Assembly (NCBI RefSeq): GCF_963921235.1
Contig: NC_086108.1
Span: 70,122,001-70,186,000 of the forward strand
DNA length: 64,000 bases
Source: Mobula hypostoma
Lineage: Eukaryota
Direction: 5' to 3'
The notes under the pieces are model-generated. The model made no database searches, had not been told where the DNA came from, and saw nothing but the letters and a program-made list of their open reading frames with translations. Shown one piece after another: positions 11,641 to 24,610 of the stretch (its first letter is position 1; each line of letters starts with the position of its first letter). The translations under genes and the position numbers were made by a program.

Positions 11641-14099
11641 GCCCTTTTATCAGCAAATGGTGGAATAATAACCACACCGCATTTTTAAAATAACTTTGTG
11701 CATAAATAAAAAACAATACAAAAGTATACAAGACCAGAATAACAATTACATCTCAAAATTACTTAGCATCAGGATGAACAGTACCACTGATATTGTTCTA
11801 GTCTTGGCTGCCTTTTTCCCCCACAACAATCTCTCTTTACTTGTATAGAAACCATGGTAAATAATGCAATTACTGGGAGTTGCAAGCTAGTAAACAAAGG
11901 CAGGTGAACAAGTTCACAATCCCAGCTGTGGATTACCTTCAAAATTTAATGGTGCTGGTAGGCCACTTATCGAAATTCTTAACCTCTAAGATTATTTTCA
12001 AGAATCAGCAAACGCCACAAGTGTATTTCACATGTCACTGAACTGATGCACAGTGGCAAGGTATCATATATTTTTAAAAGGTTGTAGTAGTGGTATGACG
12101 CTGATTAAACATAATTTCATTGTTGGTGTGATGTTAATACATTTCAGTCTGTATTTGTGTTTACACTGAAAACTAAATTCATTTAACCTCTTAGGTACCT
12201 CAGTTGAATTAGAGCAGCCTGTTGATTGCTGTGTGCTTACTGTGGGCAACTGGGGATTCTAATAAAACTGTTTACAACTTTCTGATTCAACTTAATTCAT
12301 GAGCTCAATGTCAGTCAACGTTGGGCAGCTGAGAGTTGAGTGCACAGAAAATGACTTGACCTGAGACATTAGGAAATTCAGAATGAATTAACGAACAAGG
12401 TGCAGTAGTTGGTAAAACTGAGGGAGATTTTCAGTTGATGCTCCAATGTTTACCTCAGTGCATGACACATTTTTTCAGCATATTGAGTAATGGTCATTAA
12501 ATTTAATAGATGATGAATTGAATTAAATATATTGTCAAGCATAGAACTGTACCTTTCAAATACTGTTGGAAATGTTAAAAATAAAAACATTACATTAACT
12601 TTTGTATTTTCCCTGGAATGCTGGCAAATTGTGTCTGTAAAATAATTTGATAACTGACGTTTATTTTTTTAAAATACCACCTACTTAAAGTCAGGGAGGA
12701 ATACAGCACATAAGCAGGCATGTCAGTCTACCAAGACCATGTCAATTATCAACACGCACCCAACCGTGAAGTATTCTATATCCCCATATCCACATACTAT
12801 CACTCACCTAAACACTGGGGACAATCTAGAGTGGCCAATTAACCTACCTATCCACACATTTTTGAGATGAAGAAGCAAAGCAAAAAAATCAGAGGAAACC
12901 CACACATTCCTCCAACAGCATTGGGGTAGGGAGATGGGGGGAATTCAGAATTGAACCTTGTAAGTAGCACCACCAAATACAGCACCACAGGAGGTGATCA
13001 AAATTGATTTTCTGTTGGTTCACCAGCACATGACTTAAACCCTTAGCAGGTTGATTATTAATAATGCCATTCAATTAACCTTTTACCCCTCTGTGGAAAT
13101 TGTGATATTTTGTGTGAGAGAGTATCATGAGGCAGCAAGTGGTGTTTCCCTAGTGTTCTGCATCTTTATTGAAAGAAGAGTTACATACCCAAATTACAGG
13201 TAAATCCAAGTCACATTCAATTTTCATAAACTATCTTTCATTTCTATATAGTCTTTGAAACAAGAACCTTGGAAAGTGAGCTCTGGGACAGCACTGAATG
13301 GGGAATGATTTGAATGTTCAATTAAAGCAATGAGAAAACAGTAAAACAGATTTCTTAGATGGGGTTTGCAAAGGCTGAGTCATACTAGTTAGTATGTTTT
13401 TGTTCTTCGGTGTGCAAGATAAGTTCTCAACTGTTTATGTTCAAACTAGTGAATTGAGAAATTTAAAATCCAGTTTCCAAGGAACTGATGCATATCCTTA
13501 AACTGCATACAAATCAGTGAAGGATAGAAATGAAATAAGTAATCACCAAAAACAGATCCTTAAATCACAAAAAGACATGCAATAAATACCGGCCCCTTTG
13601 CAGCTGTGTATGAACAAAGAAGAACAAGACAAGCTAATCCACCAACATCAAAGACTAAGATAGAATTAAAACTGAGCAACAGTATGAGGATAACAAAAGC
13701 CCAGAATGAATGCAGAAAAATTGTCTTAGTATCCCACTGGGCTAGCCCTGAGAAGGAGATGGTGGGGGTGGGAGAGAAAGAGAGAAGGAAGTCCATTTCT
13801 CCATGTTTACCCTGAGATAATTCACAAAACTCAAAAATGTTTCCAGAAAAATTCTATTTTCACATTACCAGCAAATTGTGCTCCTACGCACAAAACAGTG
13901 CATAACAAAAAGAAGAAAAGTCCATTTCCAAAACAGTGCATATTCATGCCAATACCTTACATAATATTTATTATTAGCCACCAAAACAGTTTACAAATAC
14001 CTCTGTTTCTTCACTGCCCTCCAGCATAATGACTTCTAAAAATTAAATCCAAATACTCCCATCTCCCACATTGTTTATTCATTTATTCATTTATTAGTC

Positions 14100-14420
14100 T
14101 TTTAAAACTATTTCTAAATCCAAAACATCTACATCCAAAAAACAGAGTGAAATGCATTGGTTCCGTCAAATCAAATCAGTGAGAATCCTGCTGGCAGCCC
14201 ACAAATGTCACCAGGCCTCCAACCTAGCATGCCCACAACTCACTAACTATAACATATAGATCTTTGGAGTATGGGAGGAAACCGCAGCACCCAGAGGAAA
14301 TCCACATGTTCACAGGGAGACAATATAAACTCTTTACAGATAGCAGAGGGAATCGATCACCCATCTTACCACCAGTGTTCTAAAGCTCTGCACTAACCTC
14401 TATGCTATTGTACCACCCAA
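14100..14420 (-). mobile_element. tRNA-derived SINE with V-type central domain
   Basis: Conserved block tctttggagtatgggaggaaaccgcagcacccagaggaaatccaca is shared with the SINEs at 23175, 34860 and 36808. Confidence 0.6.
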
Positions 14421-15443
14421 TATGATGCAATGGTGAAAAGATTTCAGTTATCCTTCATGGGGATTAAGGGATACAAGCCTAAATCCTGCCAATGCTCCAA
14501 GAATAAGTTGACATCATAATGTAAAATAGACCTAAAGCGCATTTGATTGATCTAGTTAACTTTTTGTCAGGGCATGGCAATAACAAATTTAGCTAACATC
14601 ATGGTGCTGTTTTTAATTAGGGTTATATTAACCAGCTATATTATGTGAAGGGGGCACAACTCAATCTATTTTCATTCCTCAGTTCTTATTTGATCTTTTA
14701 ACATGCTCATTAATTTCAGAAGCTTAGCAAGATGACCAATTATCTTGCTTCCAGCTTTTGACATCTTCAAAGTACAAAATGTCTTTCTGTACGATTACAA
14801 AAATACACAGTTAAAACGCACTATAACTTTCTGTTCAAAGACAAGGACTTCTTTTAAAGAAAACAACCTCAATGACAAAGAAAGATTATTTTAATAATTT
14901 GAGACTCTGAGAAGAAACTAACATGGTTCCTGCAATGGGATCTTGGTGTCCAGAGGGTCACTGGACCCAGGCCTGGAAAACAGCCTGTTTTTCTCTGTAA
15001 TTCTAAGTAAGCATTTTCCTAAAATTTGCACTTAATTATCATTATTTGTCATCTTCATGCCACAAAACCAACAACATCATGAGATTTCTGAGCATGTGCA
15101 ACTTGACATGCAAATTCCAAAGCTGCTTACTGTTTTAATACTTTTGAAGAGTCTATGTTGTTCTGCAGCTTTTTCCATTGTAAAAAAAATAGTTTAAATA
15201 GACAATTTAAAGATATTTTTAATACTACTAAGTGCCCGTAAAGTACTACACTTAGTTGCATGCAGTGTAAAGCAATTCTTATTAATTAATACTTAGCAAA
15301 CTGATGAGGTACAGTAGCATATTAACTTACAGAATGGTGTCCAAGTCTCCAACCTGAATGACTGATCAGAAACAAGTTTGAATCCGACTTTAACAACTGG
15401 AAAATGCAAATTCAGATAATTACACCTGCCAGACTGGTTTGCT

Positions 15444-16450
15444 AACAACAGGAGTACTGCAGATGCTGGAAATTCAAGCAACGCACATCAAAGTTGCTGG
15501 TGAACGCAGCAGGCCAGGCAGCATCTCTAGGAAGAGGTACGGTCAACGTTTCAGGCTGAGACCCTTCGTCAGGACTAACTGAAAGAAGAGTTAGTAAGAG
15601 ATTTGAAAGTGGAAGGGGGAGGGGGAGATCCAAAATGATAGGAGAAGACAGGAGGGGGAGGGATGGAGCCAAGAGCTGGACAGGTGATTGGCAAAGGGGA
15701 TATGAGAGGATCATGGGACAGGAGGTCCGGGGAGAAAGACAAGGGGCGGGGGGAACCAGAGGATGGGCAAGGGGTATAGTCAGAGGGACAGAGGAAGAAA
15801 AAGGAGAGTGAGAGGAAGAATGTGTGTATAAAAATAAATAACGGATGGGGTACGAAGGGGAGGTGGGGAATTAGCGGAAGTTAGAGAAGTCGATGTTCAT
15901 GCCATCAGGCTGGAGGCTACCCAGACGGAATATAAGGTGTTGTTCCTCCAACCTGAGTGTGGCTTCATCTTTACAGTAGAGGAGGCCGTGGATAGACATG
16001 TCAGAATGGGAATGGGATGTGGAATTAAAATGTGTGGCCACTGGGAGATCCTGCTTTCTCTGGCGGACAGAGCGTAGATGTTCAGCAAAGCGGTCTCCCA
16101 GTCTGTGTCGGGTCTCGCCAATATATAGAAGGCCACATCGGGAGCACCGGACACAGTATATCACCCCAGCAGACTCACAGGTGAAGTGTTGCCTCACCTG
16201 GAAGGACTGTTTGGGGCCCTGAATGGTGGTAAGGGAGGAAGTGTAAGGGCATGTGTAGCACTTGTTCCGCTTACAAGGATAAGTGCCAGGAGGGAGATCA
16301 GTGGGGAGGGATGGGGGGGACGAATGGATGAGGGAGTTGCGTAGGGAGCGATCCCTGTGGAAAGCGGGGGGGGGGGGGAAGATGTGCTTAGTGGTGGGAT
16401 CCCGTTGGAGGTGGTGGAAGTTACGGAGAATAATATGTTGGACCCGGAGG
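15444..16450 (-). mobile_element. Penelope-like retroelement 3' part (GIY-YIG endonuclease plus pLTR)
   Basis: ORF 15871-16197 FTCESAGVIYCVRCSRCGLLYIGETRHRLGDRFAEH...QPDGMN is a GIY-YIG domain. It is followed by a pyrimidine-rich UTR and a hammerhead motif. Confidence 0.92.
15541..15576 (-). ncRNA. Minimal type I hammerhead ribozyme motif in Penelope pLTR
   Basis: Minus strand: AGUC-CUGACGA-AGGGUCUCAGCCU-GAAA-CG-UU-GACC. Core CUGANGA/GAAA intact, helix I GUC:GAC, cleavage triplet GUU. Confidence 0.7.
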
Positions 16451-16699
16451 CTACTGTCTTTTAGGGAAGGAAATCTGCCATCCTTAGCTGCTATAGTTTA
16501 TAATGTGACTATGGTTCATTCCAATGTAGGCAACTCTTAATTATCTTCTGAATTGGTGCAGCAGGGTACATAGCTGAGGCAAATTTTGAATGCACAAAGC
16601 CCATAAAGAAATTTTTAAAAAACAAAGCACGATATAGTTTGTTACAACCAACTGTCTTTTTTAATTTTAGTTTATTTCCGAGTTTGTTATCAGAGAATT

Positions 16700-17355
16700 A
16701 GAGTAATGAAGTATAACAGCAGAGAAGTAGGCTGTTTGACCCATCTAGTTCATGCTGACCTGATCATCTTCCTAGTCCCACCTACCTGCATCTGGACCAT
16801 ATCCCTTCAAAACCTTCCCATCCATGTACCTACCCATACCTCCCTTAAATGGTACAATTGATCCTGCAGCCAGCAGTTCCGTTGGCAGCTCTTTCCACAC
16901 TTGCACCACCTCTGAGTGAAGAAGTTTCTCCTCAGGTTCCCCTTAAATATATTACCTTTCACCCTAAACCCATGACCTCCAGTTGTCATCTCATCCAAGC
17001 TGAGGGGATAAAGCCTACATGCATTCACCAGATCTATACCCCACATAATTTCGTATACCTCTATAAGGTCTCCCCTCATTTCCATGCATTCCAGGAAAAA
17101 AAAGCCCTAATCTATTCAAACATTCTCTGCAATTCAGGTCTTCAAACCCCAGCACCAACCAAGTAAACACTCTCTGAACTCTCAAGCTTATTGCTATCTT
17201 TCTAGTAGGTAAGTGACCAGAACTGCACAGAATATTTGAAATTCAGCCTTACCAATATCTTGTGCAACTTCAGCATATCTTAATTCATGTACACAATGCC
17301 TTTATTCTGAAAGAAAATATGCTGTCTTTATGACCCTATCTACCGGTGATGCCAG
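16700..17355 (-). mobile_element. CR1 LINE 3' fragment
   Basis: ORF 16807-17085 reads MRGDLIEVYEIM...RNFFTQR. Confidence 0.85.
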
Positions 17356-17659
17356 GTTCTTTAATGCTGACCAACTTGGCATCATTTTTGTTGGACATCA
17401 GGAATCCTAATTGAACAATCAAAGAATTCTAAAATTCTACCCTGCTCAAAGATATATCATGAGTTCACTTCTTGTTACAATACTTTGCCTATAATAATCC
17501 TTAGAAATCATTTACATCTAGTGCAGTTCAACTGGAAACAACTTTCAAGTTGGATTAAAGAGTGTTCTCCATTTCCAAAAGGAGTTGCAATCAACTAGTT
17601 CTTAACTCAATCTAAAACAGCAACCAACTATTTCTTCAAAGTTATTCTTCAGATTAGGT

Positions 17660-17729
17660 CAGGGGTCCCCAACTTTTTTAATGCCATGGCCCCCTACCAT
17701 TAACTGAGGGGTCAGGTTGGAATTCCCTG
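17660..17729. mobile_element. 70-bp hAT-Charlie MITE
   Basis: Same CAGGGGTCCCCAAC terminus as the 2444 element, with right end GGTTGGAATTCCCTG. 8-bp TSD GATTAGGT/GATTAAGT (17652-17659, 17730-17737). Confidence 0.8.
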
Positions 17730-18059
17730 GATTAAGTGAATAAAATCAACTTGCACAGGACTCCACGGCGTTTTTCAGTATATTTCATTGTAAAGAGAAA
17801 TTGTAAGTTTTTCATCGTAAATGTTTTATAGTACTGCATAGTAGTATTAAAATCTCAAAATACTTAATTCCACTTTAAATGAAAATCAGAAATACCTACA
17901 CAGCAAGCCATTACACATTTTTTTTATACAGGAATGAATTTAACTCAGATTCAAGGAAACTGCTTCTGGCATATATCTTGCTAAATCCAATATCCCAGTG
18001 TAGTCATTAGAAACACATTCAAATACAGAGAACGGGTTTCTTAATTTGCTGTCAAAATA

Positions 18060-18930
18060 CAAGAGTCAAAATTTAAAACACTAGCAACTTATTCACTAAT
18101 GCCAGTCTCCTAGAATTTAATCTAGTCGCTGGGGTTCCAAAGTTATAAAGAGATGAAGATGGGGAAACATGTGAGAAATGGAGTATAGTGGGGAAAATAT
18201 GAAAGTGTCTACTTAGGCCAAAAAAATATGGGCAAGAAGCATGTTATGTGGCTGGTGCTCCTGGGATGCAAATGAATGGGAATGAAATACTGCATGATTT
18301 GCAAAAGGCTAGTACAATGTTCTCATTCATTGCATTAAGAAAGGAACAGAAAAGAAAATAGGTTTATGTTTTCATGATGCGGGGCAATGGTGAGGCTACA
18401 CCCCAAGTATTGTGAACAGCATTGGTCACTTAGTTGAGAGTATGCAAATATGTTGGAAACAGTTCCACATAAACCTACAAATCTGGAATGGGCATGGTTG
18501 TCTTTTTAGTCGAGCCACTGAAGACTGGATGAGTGACAAGGACGAGACTGAAAAGTACAAGATCCTACGGGGTCTTAATAGCATGCACGTGAAAAAGATG
18601 TTTGTTCTTGTGAGAGATTCTAGAATCAGTGATCATTGTATGAAAATAATGAGTCATCCATATTAAGTCAGTGAAAAGGCAAAACATTGTTTTTCTCTGG
18701 GTTTGGCAGAGGGGAGTGAGTTTTAGAACTCTTCCTTAGAGAAAAATGGAAGCTGAATATTTGGATCATTTTAAGGCTGAGATCTTGATAATTAGCAAGT
18801 AAGTGAAGGGACACATTTATTGGGAGTAATCTGGAGGAAGGTTAAGATTACAGTCAGATCAGCCATGAATCTTAATGAATGACAGGGCAGGTTTGAGGGG
18901 TCAAATGACCTGTCTAGACTCCTGACAGGT
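18060..18930 (+). mobile_element. Old degraded CR1 fragment
   Basis: ORF 18412-18666 (ETEKYKILRGLNSMHV..MF) and a CR1-like 3' UTR (cagatcagccatg). Confidence 0.6.
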
Positions 18931-19949
18931 TCTGTACATGTGCATGACTCCATGTGGAAAATTCTGATTCATACAAGCTTTGGCCCATCATACAAAAAAC
19001 TATTTTAATCATAATTCCCTTATTCTTCTTCGTGCTTTATCCTTCCTTATTACTCATATCTATCCACATAATTTAATTTGGAATACTACCTATTTCTGCC
19101 ACAACCATGCTGGATAACCTATCAGGAGAAAACAAACAGTGAAAAAACACCAACATTTCTCTGAAACAGCACAAGCAAAGATGAAGGAAAAGGCAATATC
19201 ATAACTAAGAGGTCTGAAGCTTGACAGTTGGGAAATGTCTTTCTTTTCCTGTTTCAATATTGCTTTTCTATTCTCTCAGGATTCACGGTTTTTTAAAAAA
19301 ATTTTATTACTTCTGTGCCGCTAGATAAATTAGATTATCAAAATTTAAACATTTTCCAAACGAATCTACCAGCCGCCCAAACCCAACAGGTATTGACTGC
19401 TGGCAGGAGGACGGCTGAAAGAAAAAAAGTCGCTGCTGATAATTTTACCATTAGTGCTTAAATTCTCCATGAAATAGCACGAACTGGAAGTTTGGCATTG
19501 GAAAATTGTCACTATTTTGTAATATCCCCTTGAAAATAAAACAAAGATAATAAAAAATCGTCATCTATTGTCCCAGTTTGCCACTGTTTTAAATCCCTCA
19601 AGATTTGTTCACGATATCAAAGGACCAGCCGCACATTTGAATAAATGTCCAAGTCATCTTCGCAGTCACTACCTTTAAATCCACGAAAAGACACTCTAAG
19701 ACAAAGGCATAAGACTGATTGATGTTAAGTACCTTTGGGGATTGGATGGAACAATTAATTTCACCTGATGGCAAATGTAGGTCAGTTATTTTATTTCTAC
19801 CTGCAAAATAGTAACGGGTAGCGAGTAGATAAACTACCTAACCCATTTCATCACATTACGCTACCCCAGGATTTACTCAAAGAACAGGTGTCATTCCGCA
19901 AAGGTATTATGAGACCTCGGCTTACTTGACCATTTGCACCAATTTAAAA

Positions 19950-20720
19950 TACCGCCTTGTGAAAGTACCGGTCAGTATTTCAAAACAAAATAAAATGTTT
20001 TGTGGTGTGATTGGCGATTCGAGTGCACAACACGATGATGCGCCTTAGCATGTGGAAGAAACTTATCGCAAATTTGCTGCGATTTTCATGCACAAAGCAA
20101 ACCCTCTCTGAAAGTGATTCTCCAGATATCGCGCAGAAATATCACTTAGCAGAAGAGGACGACTGTTTAAAACGAAATTCTTCACAATCCAAGAAGAGAA
20201 AACAAAATCAAGATCAGCTGGACGGGAAATTCGAAATACAAACTATACTGGTGGAATTCGTCGAAATCGGAAAATAAAACACGCCTTTTCCACAGGTACA
20301 ACAATAACTGAGACGCTCGCATAATGCACTGACCTGCTCTGCTTTCTAAATTAACTGGGAAACCCGGATACAAGTCAAAAGAAGACAAAAGTAATGCTTA
20401 TTCAAGGTTTGACAGGCACGGACAGTAAACCACCAGGTCAGTTCAGTAGAGCAAACGGCTCAAACAGATGGTTACGGTGAGTGGTTGCTGCCTTCAGTTA
20501 GACTATTCCAACACGATCCAGGAATCTCGCTGCTCTGCTAAGGCAGACAAGAACGTCAGACGGGCAGCAGAAACGTCTCCCCGCCCTTCGACGACGGCGC
20601 GTTTTTTTTTCATTCTAAGCACGTCGGAAACGTCAGGTTGCAAGGACTGTACGGTATTAATTTTTGACCTTGCTTTCTAAAGTATTGATCGTATAGGCTT
20701 CGCTCAATATCGGATCCAAC
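19950..20720 (-). promoter_or_regulatory. CpG-enriched non-repeat segment; probable RAB3B promoter and non-coding first exon
   Basis: Local CpG enrichment in a CpG-poor background. GC box CCCGCCC near 20580, CGTCA half-CRE motifs near 20554 and 20631, and a candidate minus-strand donor CAG|GTCAGT at 20334/20333. The RAB3B ATG exon begins at an acceptor, so an upstream exon must exist. Confidence 0.5.
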
Positions 20721-20879
20721 ACCAAACCATGATGATTAAATTGTCTTGGATATTAATAATTAAACAATTGCCGTGAGGTTACTCTCCAGAGCTTCAAATT
20801 TGATATCCTTACCTTTCAAAGTTCACACTGGCCCAACATCCACTCTTTTCATGGCAGAAGCTTCTCGATTTCTAATATA

Positions 20880-21488
20880 CGAGGGGTGATTGATAAGTTC
20901 GTGGCCTAAGGTAGAAGGAGTCGATTTTAGAAAACCTAGCACATTTATTTTTCCTACATTTACACACACCGTCCAGCCGTCGTAGAGCATACGGATCCCT
21001 TCATTGTAGAAGTCGACGTCTTGGACCTCCAGAAAGTGGTCCACAGCAGGGGTGATTGATGAGTTCGTGGCCTAAGGTGGAAAGAGATGAGGAGAAACCT
21101 CAAACTTTCTTCATTTTCACTCAGAGTTGAAGTGCATGTGCATGTAACGAGAGCTGTATAACTTTCTACCCTAAGCTACGAACTTATCAATCACCCCGGC
21201 TGCGGACCACCTGGAGGTCCAAGAGGCTCGCCTTACACGCACGTGCAGTTCAACTCTGAGTGACAATGGAGAAAGTTTGAAGTTAATAACTGATCTCCTT
21301 CTACCTTAGGCCACGAAGTTATCAATCACCCCTGCTGTGGAGCACTTCGAGAAAGAAGGGAACCGTATGCTCCACAACCGCTGGACATGTGTACATGTAG
21401 GAGGGCACTATGTTGAAAAATATATGTGCTAGGTTTTCTAAAAATAACTCCTTCTACCTTAGGCTACGAACTTATCAATTACCCCTGG
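20880..21488. mobile_element. Tc1/mariner-derived fold-back (palindromic) non-autonomous element
   Basis: TA flanks (20878-79, 21489-90) and a TIR of about 40 bp, CGAGGGGTGATTGATAAGTTCGTGGCCTAAGGTAGAAGGAG. Both arms carry the mariner transposase C-terminal remnant (FYNEGIRML.DGWT.CVNVG). Three additional internal TIR copies. Confidence 0.88.
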
Positions 21489-22149
21489 TATTTCTTGGAG
21501 GCTCTGCCTCCCCGTAATACACAAATGACTTAAATGAACATTGAGTTTATTTATTTTTTAAATTATTATTATAATCGAGGAATCATTTGAGGTCTAGCCC
21601 CAAGCGTTTTCACCATTCTGGGTTCACGTTTCAGCTTTCCAGCACTCACAGTTGTTTGCTTTGATAAATCTGTTCTTGCCGAAGTTTACATTTATGTACA
21701 CTGCATCTACTGATCAAAAGTAAAAATTTTGATTAAACTTTAGGCAAGATCTACAATGGCAGCTGTGGTACTAACAAAAGCAAAATGTCATTTTGAATGT
21801 TTAAAAGATGCCAGTCCAACTACTGGCGACCACAGCAGCAGCACTAGATTGTTACAAATAGCTTTCAGGGAAGTCAATGTCATCCTTACCCAGTACAACC
21901 ACTATGTGACTCACTAATGTTACTGTCTTTTAAATACCACACAAAATAGCCTGGCCAGTTCAGGAACAATTAGAATACCCAGATATAAATATCTGATTTA
22001 TATCATTCCTTATTCCACTTCAGTGGAATTCAAAGGTAAAAGTACATTTTATTATCTGAGTACGTACAGGTCACCACATACAACCCTGAGATTCATTTTC
22101 CTGCAGGCCCACTTAGCAAATCTATGGAATAGTAATTACATCAAGATGT

Positions 22150-23035
22150 TGTAGTGTGTGAAGGAAGAGAAGTGGGTGCCCTTACTGTTACAGGAGAGAA
22201 GGTGCTCAAAAAGCTGAAAGACCTAAACGTACGTAAGTCACCTGGACCAGATGAACTGCACCCTAAGGTTCTGAAAGAGGCAGCAGTAGAGATTTGGTGG
22301 CATTAGAAATGATCTTTCAAAAATCATTGGACTCTGGCATGGTGCCAGAGGACTGGAAAATTGCAAATGTTACTCCACTCTTTAAGAAAGGAGGAAGGCA
22401 GCAGAAAGTAAATTATAGACCAGTTAGCCTGACCTCAACAGTTGGGAAGATGTTGAAGTCAATTGTTAAGGATGAAGTGATGGAGTACTTGGTGACACAG
22501 GACAAGATAGTACAAAGTCAGCATGGTTTCCTTCAGGGAAAATCCTGCCTGACAAACCTGTCGGAATTCTTTGAGGAAATTACAAGTAGGATAGATAAAG
22601 GGGATGCAGTGGATGTTGTATATTTGGATTTTCAGAAGGCTTTTTTCAAGGTGCCACATGAGACTGCCTACCAAGTTAAGAGCCCATGGTATTACAGGAA
22701 AGTTACGAACGTGGTTAGGGCATTGGCTGATTGGTAGGAGGTAGCAAGTGGGAATAAAAGGATACTTTTCTGGCTGACTGCCTGTGACTAGTGGTGTTCT
22801 GCAGGGGTCAGTGTTGGGACCACTTCTTTTTATGCTGTATATAAATGATATAGATGATGGAATAGATGGCTTTGTTGCCAGTTTTGCAGATTATACGAAG
22901 ATTGGCAGGGTGGCAGGTAGTGTTGAGGAAACAGGTAGGATGCAGGACATAGACTGATTAGGAGAATGGGCAAGAAAGTGGCAAGTGAAATACAATGTTG
23001 GAAAATGCATGGTCATGTACTTTGGTAGTAGAAAT
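22150..23035 (+). mobile_element. CR1 LINE internal RT fragment
   Basis: ORF 22294-22737 includes VPEDWKIANVTPLFKKG, NYRPVSLTS, QHGF and YLDFQKAF. Confidence 0.9.
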
Positions 23036-23174
23036 CCCTTAGACACTTTATATTTAAAAATACTTCATTGAGGTTGATAGCCAGTAGAGAAAAGGAAAGT
23101 CTTTGGTGCAAAATCCACAGGATAAAAGTACTTCCAATGCATAAAAGACAACTGTTTTGGTACACACCAAATTA

Positions 23175-23427
23175 GGGGTGACACGGTAGTGTGGCAGTTC
23201 GCAGAACACTCTTACAGTGCCAGTTACCAGGGTTCAATACCCACTGGTGCCTGAAAGGAGCTTGTACTTTTTCCCCAGGACTGCATGGATTTCCTTCAGC
23301 TGCTCCAGTTTCCCCCCAACACTCCAAAGATGTACCGACTATTTGGTTATTGATCAAAGGGGTGCAATTAGACGGCGCAGGCTTGTTAGGCCCACCAAAG
23401 AGGCCTGTTATCATGCTGCATCTCTAA
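23175..23427 (+). mobile_element. tRNA-derived V-domain SINE (HE1-like)
   Basis: A-box-like ggtagtgtggc, B-box ggttcaatacc, and central gctccagtttccccccaacactccaaagatg. Confidence 0.7.
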
Positions 23428-23489
23428 ATTTTAAAAAATCTCCAAGTTTTACAGTGAACAAGTACCAGAAGAAAAATATCACCAAAGTG

Positions 23490-24610
23490 TTTTATTTAGA
23501 GATATAGTGTGGAACAGACCCTTCCAGCCCAACCAGCTACACTGCCCAGCAAACCACCTATTAAAGCCGAGCCTAACCACAGGACAATTTACAATAACAG
23601 TTAACCACCTATTAAACCCTAGCCTAATTACAGGACAATTTACACTGCCCAGCAAACCAGCTATTAGACCTGAGCCTAATCACAGGACAATTTACACTGC
23701 CCAGCAAACCACCTATTAAACCTGAGCCTAACCACAGGACAATTTACAATAACAGTTAACCACCTATTAAACCCTAGCCTAATTACAGGACAATTTACAC
23801 TGCCCAGCAAACCACCTATTAAATCCGAGCCTAACCACAGGACATTTACAGTAACAGTTAACCACCTATTAAACCCTAACCTAATCACAGGACAATTTAC
23901 ACTGCCCAGCAAACCACCGATTAAACCCAAGCCTAATTACAGGACAATTTACGCTGCCCAGCAAACCACCTATTAAACCCGAGCCTAACCACAGGACAAT
24001 TTACAATGACAGTTAACCACCTATTAAACCCTAGCCTAATTACAGGACAATTTACACTGCCCAGCAAACCACCTATTAAACCCGAGCCTAACCACAGGAC
24101 AATTTACACTGCCCAGCAAACCACCTATTAAACCCAAGCCTAACCACAGGACAATTTACAATAACAGTTAACCACCTATTAAACCCTAGCCTAATCACAG
24201 GACAATTTACACTGCCCAGCAATTAGACCCGAGCCTAATCACAGGACAATTTACAATAACAGTTAACCACCTATTAAACCCTAGCCTAACCACAGGACAA
24301 TTTACACTGCCCAGCAAACCACCTATTAAACCCGAGCCTAACCACAGGACAATTTACAATAACAGTTAACCACCTATTAAACCCTAGCCTAATCACAGGA
24401 CAATTTACACTGCCCAGCAATTAGACCCTAGCCTAATCACAGGACAATTTACAATGACCATTTAACCACCAAACCAATACATCTTTGGAGGAAGACAGAG
24501 CACCCGGAGAAAACCCACACGCCAATGGGAAGGACATGCAAACTTCTTGGAGAGGACTCTGGAATTGAACTCCGAGAGCCCGATCTGTAATAATATCACA
24601 CTAACTGTGG
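23490..24610 (-). mobile_element. V-domain SINE whose internal segment is expanded into a tandem array
   Basis: The flanks (ccttccagccc at about 23520; tctttggaggaagacagagcaccc and ggaattgaactc at 24480-24570) match the single-copy SINEs at 34860 and 36808. Confidence 0.75.
23538..24455. repeat. Minisatellite, 18 units of about 51-52 bp in two interspersed variants
   Basis: Unit CACCTATTAAACCCGAGCCTAACCACAGGACAATTTACA followed by CTGCCCAGCAAAC (variant A) or ATAACAGTTAAC (variant B). 18 CAGGACA cores counted. Confidence 0.95.

Noticed and set aside
20408-20430. Full REST/NRSE site
   Set aside because: Only the CACGGACAG half matches; the TCAGCACC half is absent.
23538-24455. CRISPR-like repeat array
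   Set aside because: There are no unique spacers or cas genes. The context is eukaryotic and the unit derives from a SINE.
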